Both the position numbers and the translations under genes were made by a program. The notes under the pieces are model-generated. The model saw nothing but the letters and a program-made list of their open reading frames with translations, did no database searches and was not told the origin of the DNA. Source: Nitrospirota bacterium (lineage in GTDB: Bacteria > Nitrospirota > UBA9217). Taken from it: 64,000 nt of DNA. Below are positions 18,961 through 26,133 of this stretch, one piece after another. The DNA lies in assembly GCA_035625205.1 (NCBI GenBank), contig DASPQB010000296.1:3041-67040 (forward strand), in the 5' to 3' direction. The first letter of the stretch is position 1. Every line of letters starts with the position of its first letter.

Positions 18961-19830
18961 TTAATCTCCCTGGAGAAGTTTGGCGGTTAACCAGCCTATC
19001 GCATAGAGCACACCAAGGAGAACAACATCCGTCGGGCCGACCGGCAAATCCCATCGATAGGCGATCAAGAATCCTAAAAACGCGGTCGCGCCGCCAATCA
19101 AAGAGGCCAGCAGTGTAAACTGGCGCATGTTGCGCGCATATTGGTGCGCAGCCAGAGCGGGAATCAGCAAAAATCCGAATGCGATGAGCGGACCGACGCT
19201 GAGTACCGCCATCGAGACAGTTAACCCAATCAGTAAATAGAGCAAACTGTCCCAGAACACGACGTTTTTTCGAAGAATAATCGCCATCTCGCGGTCGAAC
19301 GAAACAAGGAGCAGTTCTTTGTGGAACAGTCCCAGTGCCGCAAGAACAAGAGTAAGCGTTGCCGCGGTCAGCACGAGATCAAAATTGGAGATGGTGATGA
19401 CTTCCCCTTTCAGCATATCAAGCCAGCCGATTTCTCCGTAGGGGTTTTTTGAAAGCACTAAGATGCTCAACGCGGCAGCAACGACGTAAGCGCTGCCGAG
19501 CCGGCCTTCAGGCTGTCCGCGCCCGCGTCGTTCCATGAATGCCAGCACCAGGATTGCGGTCAGGGAGAATGTTATTGAGCCGACAAAGGCGAGCGCATGC
19601 GCGCTGTGTGAGCCATGCTCCGTCAGTTTGAATCCAAGCCACAGAGGGAGCGAGAGAGCGATAGCAACGCCGGTCGAGGAAATCTGGGGCAATGCCACAC
19701 CCATGAACACCAGCCGTCGCATGACGAGAAATACGCCAACGAGCGGGCAAGCGAAGCCGACGAGCACGCTGGTGTAAAGTGAGTTCCGCAGAAGAAAATC
19801 AATAGAGAGAATCTGTTGAAGTGTCTCCAT
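18961..19830 (-). CDS. metal (Zn/Mn/Fe) ABC transporter permease, ZnuB/TroCD family
   Basis: This 289-aa polytopic protein is typical of ABC-3 permeases. It is flanked by the cognate ATPase, with a 1-nt gap. Confidence 0.85.
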   Translation of the reverse strand: METLQQILSIDFLLRNSLYTSVLVGFACPLVGVFLVMRRLVFMGVALPQISSTGVAIALSLPLWLGFKLTEHGSHSAHALAFVGSITFSLTAILVLAFMERRGRGQPEGRLGSAYVVAAALSILVLSKNPYGEIGWLDMLKGEVITISNFDLVLTAATLTLVLAALGLFHKELLLVSFDREMAIILRKNVVFWDSLLYLLIGLTVSMAVLSVGPLIAFGFLLIPALAAHQYARNMRQFTLLASLIGGATAFLGFLIAYRWDLPVGPTDVVLLGVLYAIGWLTAKLLQGD

Positions 19831-19831
19831 G

Positions 19832-20545
19832 TCATCCCATCCCTATTTCAAATATTTCCGCCATCCGTTCGGTTGTGAGCAGTTCGTCAACGGCCCCTTG
19901 GTAAACCTTTCCCTCATGAAGCCAGATGACTTTCTCAGCGTGGTGACGGACGGCCGAAAAGTCGTGAGTAACAAGCAGAACCGTGATTTTCTTTTCTTTG
20001 CATATCTCCGTAATGAACTCCAGCACGGCGGTCGTTGCTTCACGGTCTACCCCCGCCGTGGGTTCGTCCAGTACGAGGACGTCGGGACGTGTCGTCAAGG
20101 CGCGGGCGATGAGCACACGCTGTTGCTGACCACCGGACAGTTCGGCAAAGCGCTTGTGGGAAAAATCCTCTGCGCCCACTGCACGCAGACATTCGCGCGT
20201 GAAGGCGCGTTCGGCCGGGGGAATAAGGTGCCCCACGCGTATGCGACCATACGCCCCCATGAGTGCCACCTCGAACGCCGTGAGCAGGTAAACCGGGTCG
20301 AACTGATTGGATTGGGGGACATAGCCGAACGTGAGCGGGACCCCTGCCGACGCGATATCGATACGGCCGGCGACCGGAGGCAGCAGCCCAAGCAGCGTTT
20401 TGAGCAACGTCGATTTGCCCGAGCCATTAGCGCCGAGAATAGCGGTAAAGCTTGCACGGGTAATGGAGAGCGAAAGTCCGGTCAGCACGGGCTGGCCGTT
20501 GTAGCCTATGCTCAGGTTATCGAGCGTAATCAGTAATTCGGTCAT
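19832..20545 (-). CDS. metal ABC transporter ATP-binding protein, ZnuC/TroB family
   Basis: It has Walker A GANGSGKST, the signature LSGGQQQRVLIARAL and Walker B VLVLDEP. Confidence 0.9.
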   Translation of the reverse strand: MTELLITLDNLSIGYNGQPVLTGLSLSITRASFTAILGANGSGKSTLLKTLLGLLPPVAGRIDIASAGVPLTFGYVPQSNQFDPVYLLTAFEVALMGAYGRIRVGHLIPPAERAFTRECLRAVGAEDFSHKRFAELSGGQQQRVLIARALTTRPDVLVLDEPTAGVDREATTAVLEFITEICKEKKITVLLVTHDFSAVRHHAEKVIWLHEGKVYQGAVDELLTTERMAEIFEIGMG

Positions 20546-20592
20546 CGTCTGTTATGAATGTCCGCCCGCGTTCTTGGGCGGACACCTTCTCC

Positions 20593-21531
20593 TTATCGTT
20601 CTTGCCTTGCATGCATGGCAGTTACCATCGTGTGAATGATGTAATCCATCATTTTAATATACGTCTCCGTCATGGGCACGCCGCCGGGCATAATAGGTAA
20701 TGTTATCATAGTTGCGCCCGTCTGTTCGGCGATGGTTTTTGGCACCTTTTCGGGAAACTGCGGCTCGCGTACGACGAGGGGAACATGTTCAGCCTTCATT
20801 GATTTAATTAATTCCTCGATGTGACGCGGGGTCGGATCTATGCCCGGCTTCAGTTCGATCGTGCCGAAATAATCCAAGCCGAAACGCTCCGCAAAATACG
20901 GCCAGTGTTCGTGGTAGGACACAAACTTCACCCCTTTGAGCTGTTTGGCCTCCGTCGTCCACTCTGCAATTTTGGCATTAAGCCTGGCGATATACATGTC
21001 GCGATTGTGTGTAAACTCCGCCTCATGCCGTGGGGCGAAGGCTACAAGCGCGTTGTAGATATTCTCGATGGCGGTCTTTGCCAAGACAGGATCAAGCATG
21101 TAATGGGGGTTGCCATAGGGATGGACGTCTCCCTGATAGTGGTCGGTCGACCTGGGCACATCGAGCGGGAAGATGTTCCTTGAGCAGTCCACATAGCCGG
21201 GTGTGCCTTTCTGGATATTGGGATTCTTGCTCGCTTCCAGGAGCGCGGGCAGGAATGCGTGCTCGCAATCGAGTCCGATAAGAATCAGCAGGTCCGCCCG
21301 GTTCATCAGCGGTACAAAGCTTGGCTTCATCGGCACCCCGTGCGTGTCTTCGACGCCCGTGGCCAGGCTGTGGACGTCGACGAGGTCCCCTCCCACTGCG
21401 CGAGAAAAATCAGCGAGGTCGGTAAGCGTCGTAACAATTCGGATTTTGGCAGCATGAGCGGGCGTCGCCCAGCCGCACAGTGTCCCGGTGAGGGCTATTA
21501 TCGCCATTACGTTGAATAATTTGGATTTCAA
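20593..21531 (-). CDS. cluster A-I metal-binding lipoprotein/SBP (ZnuA/TroA/MntC family)
   Basis: It has the metal-ligand context DVHPYGNPHYMLDP and HEHWPYF. I place the start at TTG 21531, after GGGAGGA plus 6 nt, giving the signal LKSKLFNVMAIIALTGTLCGWATPAHA. There is no long His-rich loop. The track ORF (to 21645) would overlap the upstream gene by 92 nt. Confidence 0.8.
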   Translation of the reverse strand: MKSKLFNVMAIIALTGTLCGWATPAHAAKIRIVTTLTDLADFSRAVGGDLVDVHSLATGVEDTHGVPMKPSFVPLMNRADLLILIGLDCEHAFLPALLEASKNPNIQKGTPGYVDCSRNIFPLDVPRSTDHYQGDVHPYGNPHYMLDPVLAKTAIENIYNALVAFAPRHEAEFTHNRDMYIARLNAKIAEWTTEAKQLKGVKFVSYHEHWPYFAERFGLDYFGTIELKPGIDPTPRHIEELIKSMKAEHVPLVVREPQFPEKVPKTIAEQTGATMITLPIMPGGVPMTETYIKMMDYIIHTMVTAMHARQER

Positions 21532-21553
21532 AGTATATTCCTCCCTTCCAGAT

Positions 21554-22969
21554 TTACCGTTGCTGCCACCCATGCGCATGTGAGCCGATAATCCAAGCCC
21601 ATTGCACATAGACGGCATCATAAGGGCGCAGGCCGGTCGCGGCATTGTTGTCGGTATGTGTGTATTGCAGGCGCAGCTGGTTCCAGTGGCTCAAGGCCCA
21701 GGTTATGTTCGCGGATTCCGCGGAGGTTTTTCCCTGGTTGTTCAACTCGTTTTCCAGCCATTCGTATTGGATTCCGGTTGTCCACTGCCGATGGAACTTG
21801 TACGTGAGGTATGAGTAAAGGCCAACGGAGCCGACGGACTGGCTGGGCAGTGCATTGCCCGAGGGATCCGTCACGTCATACCGGTTATCACTGTACAGCA
21901 CTTCCGTGCCCCACGTGACGGTCTGAAACTGGTTATTGCGGAGAGGCTTCCAGCTCAGCACCAAGTCCACCCCTACGAGGCGCCGCTCACGTTCGGTAAA
22001 CGTGTTGCCATCTACGGTTGGAAATGACGGATTCGCAGGGTTGGGCGCCCACTGCGCAGTGGTACTCGGATTCCAAAGGCCTGAGATTCCCGGTTCGAGT
22101 GAGATATCGGGTGTTAGGTCATAATATGTGGAGAGGCGTCCCCAATAGTTCAAGCCACTGCCCTGGCGGAAATCGCCGACAAAGTTTGGGGGGTTGTCTC
22201 CGCCAAACTGATCGCCTGCGCCGACCGTCAAGCTGACGTAGTGCTCGACGGGAACCAGCCAATTAATCTGCAACCCGTCCGTTCTGGACTCTCCGCCGAT
22301 GTACTGTGCAAGTACGAGTGGCCGGTTTACAAAGGGTAGCTCATGATCGTGGATGTAGCCCAAGCGTCCGAATTCGCCGAAGAACCGCCCTGCCTTCACC
22401 TCCAAGTTCCCTGGAAATGATGTCGTCTGAATCGCAGCCTCTTCGACCCCCAATGTCGATTCTCCGGTTACCGGGTCGGCTGACGCGTTAACTACCACAT
22501 AGCCCTTTGTGAACGGATCCACTGACGCGGCTGCGTTCAGTTCCACCGAACGCTGAAATATATCATACCCGCCAGGCCTGTCGCTGCCCGTTTCTGCTGA
22601 CCCTTTGCTGCTATAGGAGAATATAGTCTCACCAACGAGCCCGATGGCCGGGTTGAATTCACTGGGAATTTCCTTTTTTTGCGTTTCAACCACTTCATCC
22701 ACCTTCTCGTTCAATTCTTGGACCTTCTGCTGGAGCTCCTGGTTTGACTTCTGCGGTTCGTGGCCATTCTGTTCGTGCAGTTGGTTTTTTTGCTTTGAGA
22801 AATTTTCCTTCAATGAATCTATAGTGCTTTGTTGCTCTTCAATGGTCTTTGACTGTTTTTGCACCGTGTCTTCGAGGTTCTTGAGCCGCTCAGCCGTGTC
22901 GTCGGCAAAAACCGCCGGACCGAACGAGCAGCAAGTAAGAACGACGAGGATGCACAATACTCGTCTCAT
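21554..22969 (-). CDS. putative outer-membrane beta-barrel/porin with N-terminal coiled coil
   Basis: It has the signal MRRVLCILVVLTCCSFGPAVFA, then a heptad-like charged segment (AERLKNLEDTVQKQSKTIEEQQSTIDSLKE...). This is followed by about 380 aa of alternating aromatic/Gly-rich strands (YDVTD, LYSYLTYKF, LRLQYTHTD). The SD GGAGGG lies before the ATG at 22969. Confidence 0.5.
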   Translation of the reverse strand: MRRVLCILVVLTCCSFGPAVFADDTAERLKNLEDTVQKQSKTIEEQQSTIDSLKENFSKQKNQLHEQNGHEPQKSNQELQQKVQELNEKVDEVVETQKKEIPSEFNPAIGLVGETIFSYSSKGSAETGSDRPGGYDIFQRSVELNAAASVDPFTKGYVVVNASADPVTGESTLGVEEAAIQTTSFPGNLEVKAGRFFGEFGRLGYIHDHELPFVNRPLVLAQYIGGESRTDGLQINWLVPVEHYVSLTVGAGDQFGGDNPPNFVGDFRQGSGLNYWGRLSTYYDLTPDISLEPGISGLWNPSTTAQWAPNPANPSFPTVDGNTFTERERRLVGVDLVLSWKPLRNNQFQTVTWGTEVLYSDNRYDVTDPSGNALPSQSVGSVGLYSYLTYKFHRQWTTGIQYEWLENELNNQGKTSAESANITWALSHWNQLRLQYTHTDNNAATGLRPYDAVYVQWAWIIGSHAHGWQQR

Positions 22970-23162
22970 AAGGCCCTCCGTGGATGCGTTGATTATGCAC
23001 GTAAATGGATCGAGCACGCCCTTTCTATGTCCGTCGCAATTTTCCCAAAGCGGTTGTCCCTTACGGAAATATCAAGTTGGCTGTTTCCCTTCCGGTCCAA
23101 GCAACGTCCGAATGGGTAGCCCCGCTCTTACCATTAGTTCATACGATCAAATTGACGGATAT

Positions 23163-23432
23163 TCACACAGGAGGCGCGCGATTGCGCAGGGAATATGAAA
23201 AGAGAGTATCGATAAAAACAGGGGAGGGAGTGGCAACTGTCGTTTCTGTGAAATAGGGGGCGCTGTCAAAGGCAACCACACACTGGCTGGTTCCGGAGAG
23301 ATGATTACTCGCAATACAGACGGGGCATTGGTGATCGTCAGCCGTATTTTCATGGTGGTGCGAAGCGGCCACGACTGTGGCAACTAGGAAAAGGAGAATG
23401 AGAAAAACAGTAATTCGTTTGTTCCAGAGCAT
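23163..23432 (-). CDS. small membrane-anchored His/Cys protein (P1, 89 aa)
   Basis: The sequence is MLWNKRITVFLILLFLVATVVAASHHHENTADDHQCPVCIASNH...TLFSYSLRNRAPPV. It has an SD-like AAGGGG upstream and a sigma70-like promoter just 5-prime. It is a paralogue of the ORF at 25533..25817. Confidence 0.5.
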   Translation of the reverse strand: MLWNKRITVFLILLFLVATVVAASHHHENTADDHQCPVCIASNHLSGTSQCVVAFDSAPYFTETTVATPSPVFIDTLFSYSLRNRAPPV

Positions 23433-23454
23433 GGAGCCCCTTTCAATAATGGTC

Positions 23455-23483
23455 AAGATAAACTTTGCTGGCAAATTTGTCAA
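23455..23483 (-). promoter_or_regulatory. sigma70-like promoter upstream of P1/porin/znu genes
   Basis: The minus strand reads TTGACA (23483-23478), a 17-nt spacer, then TATCTT (23460-23455), about 22 nt before the P1 ATG. The spacer holds an imperfect inverted repeat, AAATTTGCcaGCAAAgTTT. Confidence 0.35.
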
Positions 23484-23830
23484 GCTATTGTGTCACAGAC
23501 CACTCCGCATGGTTGAAACCAGCGGCTTCTCGGGAATTCGGTACATTTATGTCAATCGTCTTTCTCATGCCGTTCGAATGTGCGTTCGAACCAATTCCGG
23601 TGAAGAGACGATGAAATTTCATGACAGTTCCTCAAAACGAATCGGTCGTCATGGCCCGTCATGTCAATGGTGCATATGCTCATGGAGGGGCGCTCCGGCA
23701 TGGTCACCGTACATGGCATAGCGCGCAGGAATCCCATGCCGCAATAGGGCTGCGCAGCATAATAAACCAGGGAACAGAAACGCTTCAAAACGCGCTGCGC
23801 GTTTAAAAGATTAGAGGACGTCGGCTCCTG

Positions 23831-23852
23831 TCCTATTCATTTCCTATTCATT
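23831..23852. repeat. perfect tandem 11-bp direct repeat (TCCTATTCATT x2)
   Basis: Read directly: copies at 23831-23841 and 23842-23852, inside an ORF-poor spacer. Confidence 0.9.
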
Positions 23853-24210
23853 AAAAAGCTTGATGAAAACTTTTTTACGAGACGAGAGAAATAGCCGATC
23901 CCAGCCGCCTCGAGACCCGCAAGTTATCCGCGGTCCGGTACGCTTACGTATCGGTTATAGGCAGCGAGCAACAGAAACAATAAGGCAATCTTTGTTGAAA
24001 TGCTTGGCCAATCGCCCTCATTGTCATCGATGATAAGAATTCTTGGTTGCGTGATAATCACCAAGGAGTGAGAATTGCGCAACGAGGACTATTAGTAGCT
24101 GACTAAGATATTGGCATTGTACCTTCGTCGTTTTGGTTGTTGGAACGTTCAGACCGACATAAAAGTCCTCTGGATAGAGAGAATCAGATAACCACAGTCT
24201 GACAAGCGTC

Positions 24211-24245
24211 CCGGCCTTGTCCCAAACATATAAGGACAAGGCCGG
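24211..24245 (-). terminator. strong GC-rich hairpin downstream of the Met/His-rich gene
   Basis: A 12-bp perfect stem, ccggccttgtcc (24211-24222) with ggacaaggccgg (24234-24245), encloses an 11-nt loop. It lies about 40 nt after the stop at 24287. There is no clear U-tract, so it may be a terminator or a stability element. Confidence 0.4.
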
Positions 24246-24286
24246 CTTGGCCATTGTCAAATCGATCTTAACGAATTCTCCATTCT

Positions 24287-25039
24287 CTACTTCATCTTCA
24301 TCGGTTCTGCGGATGCCATCTTATTTAGGAGATCAATGACGTTCTTTGCCGCATCGCCGATCTTATGCGTGTCCCCCATCATCGGGCTGCCGCCAGTGGT
24401 AACGCCTTTTTCATGCATTCCGGTCATCGCCTTGCCTGTCATGACTTCCGTAAGTAAGGCGCTGGCGTCGGACAGCATCATTTTCCCATGATCAATGGTA
24501 TATTTGTCGACATCCTTCGACATTCCCATTTGTCCGAGCATCACCATGTTGGACCCTTCAGCTGCCATCTCCAGGGCATGGTCTATCATGATATGCATAT
24601 GGTGCATGGCCATCATGTCGTCCGTCATCGGACCTTCCATGTTCATCTTGTCGAGCAGGTCAGCGACAGTCATGATCGCATTGCCCAATTCATGCGTGTA
24701 TTTCATCATGGGATCGTCGGCATGACCGCCCTTGTGCATGGCCTGCATTTCCGGGCCTTTCAGGGCGCGGTCGACGACCTCTTTGCCCTCCTTCATCATT
24801 TGACGGCCGTGTTCAAGGGTCGTTGGATCGACCGCAGGGGTCATCTTCATATCAGCAAGCATGACCAGGTTCGAGCCTTGGGCAACCATTTCAAGTCCGT
24901 GGTTCATCAGCATGTGCAGATGGTGCATGTCCATGGCGGCATCGCCTCCATGCTTGGCATAAGCCGCACCGAAGAAGCCCATGGACAGCATGAACGCCAC
25001 AGCCATTACAGCCCCTAAAAGTCTCTTCTTGCTTTTCAT
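24287..25039 (-). CDS. secreted Met/His-rich protein with internal tandem duplication (putative periplasmic metal-binding protein)
   Basis: The signal is MKSKKRLLGAVMAVAFMLSMGFFGAAYA. Two repeats of about 105 aa follow: (AMDMHHLHMLMNHGLEMVAQGSNLVMLADM...THELGNAIMTVADLLDKM) and (MMAMHHMHIMIDHALEMAAEGSNMVMLGQM...THKIGDAAKNVIDLLNKM). The SD AAAGGAG lies before the ATG at 25039. Confidence 0.7.
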   Translation of the reverse strand: MKSKKRLLGAVMAVAFMLSMGFFGAAYAKHGGDAAMDMHHLHMLMNHGLEMVAQGSNLVMLADMKMTPAVDPTTLEHGRQMMKEGKEVVDRALKGPEMQAMHKGGHADDPMMKYTHELGNAIMTVADLLDKMNMEGPMTDDMMAMHHMHIMIDHALEMAAEGSNMVMLGQMGMSKDVDKYTIDHGKMMLSDASALLTEVMTGKAMTGMHEKGVTTGGSPMMGDTHKIGDAAKNVIDLLNKMASAEPMKMK

Positions 25040-25532
25040 TTCTTCTGCTCCTTTCGCCATTCTTGGATTTTGCAACAGCCTGCGTGATGTCTATAACGCT
25101 AATTTTTTCAAAATATGGCAAGAGATATCACCTTTGGCCGATTTTCCTCCTGTCTTTGCTTTAACGATCCTCGACTGTAGTATCAAACCTACCCTCATAA
25201 GTGTAGCACGCTGTATTCATAAATGCTGCACCTCTCTGTAAACTATCATCGCTCGCAGCATCAGTGCGCGAACAACGGTTGAAATTTACCTTTCGGTGTC
25301 CGTACCTATTGGAAAAATCCCGGTTCCTCCTCGGAGGCCAAAAAATGACTCCGCTTCGAACACATCATCATGTGCGAGCATGAGACCGCGGATATATCGA
25401 TGCGGAGCCGAGCTTAAAGGGGAGGATTGCCCTCAACGGGCAGTCCATGCGCACGCATACGCACGCACCGATGCTGCGCAGTTGTGAATTCAAAGCCCTT
25501 GACTTCGTTCTTGATAAGCGGAGTGTTGTAGA

Positions 25533-25817
25533 TCAGACCTTCGGGGGGCGTTCGTCTTGATAGGATATTGCAAAAGGTTTAATAAGGGGATTTGGTATTG
25601 CAACGTTGTTGTAAAGCTCGGGAGGTAAGGGACCACAAAGGCACTCGTGCATGCACGGCATGTCTCCATTTCCGGACACGGCAGGCATTGCTGAATGACA
25701 AACGTCAATGGTCCCAATCGCCACCATCGCTCTGTGGCCGGGCAGAAAGGGCAATGAGGGTGGAATAACGATGCTAAGTGCGATTGCCACGAGAACGATT
25801 AATGCCTGCCATTTCAT
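25533..25817 (-). CDS. small membrane-anchored Cys/His protein (P2, about 94 aa)
   Basis: The sequence is MKWQALIVLVAIALSIVIPPSL...DVCHSAMPAVSGNGDMPCMHECLCGP...VAIPNPLIKPFAISYQDERPPKV. Its C-terminus is alignable with P1. The start is uncertain because there is no clear SD; the track ORF extends to 26018. Confidence 0.4.
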   Translation of the reverse strand: MKWQALIVLVAIALSIVIPPSLPFLPGHRAMVAIGTIDVCHSAMPAVSGNGDMPCMHECLCGPLPPELYNNVAIPNPLIKPFAISYQDERPPKV

Positions 25818-26133
25818 GGTAAGAGCATACATACTACGGAGGGCGAAGTCAAACTCTATTTCTAAGTTTAGGCCAAGCGATGCCCCAAGACTTGACAGAT
25901 CGTCTTGAAAACTTGACATCGTCCTGCGAAGAGAAGAAGGCATGGTTGTTGGTTTCAGCCGAATTTTCCTCGGACTCTTAGAGTTAGGCTCTCCTGCCCA
26001 TCTCCTCCGGAGGTGCACTTTCGGATAATCGAAACTTTGGGAGGTCAGAGCGAAACCGGGCTGACATCGACAGCCGGCCTATCGTTCACGAGATCTACGA
26101 CATGATCTATCCGAATCACCTGAGCTATCCTCT

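Noticed and set aside
19829-20536. 235-aa + strand ORF opposite the metal ABC ATPase
   Set aside because: The minus strand carries unmistakable Walker A, signature and Walker B motifs. The + strand frame is Arg/Gly-rich noise.
20593-21645. Long form (350 aa) of the ZnuA-like ORF, and similar N-terminal extensions of many track ORFs (e.g. 18209..19054, 21554..23017, 26134..28674, 58145..60175)
   Set aside because: The extensions overlap upstream genes or lack SD sequences. Internal starts with good SDs give canonical N-termini or signal peptides.
24051-24061. Fur/Zur-box-like palindrome GTGATAATCAC
   Set aside because: It has only a 5-bp arm with a single-nucleotide centre. The flanks do not extend the symmetry cleanly. 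No gene start lies within a sensible distance.
24024-24260. 78-aa minus-strand ORF just downstream of the Met/His-rich gene
   Set aside because: Its 5-prime end is the 12-bp GC hairpin at 24211-24245. It has no usable SD and the sequence shows no protein-like features.
24488-25018. 176-aa His-rich ORF on the + strand opposite the Met/His-rich gene
   Set aside because: ATG (Met) reverse-complements to CAT (His), so a Met-rich gene automatically yields a His-rich antisense frame. The minus-strand ORF has the SD, the signal peptide and a clean internal duplication.
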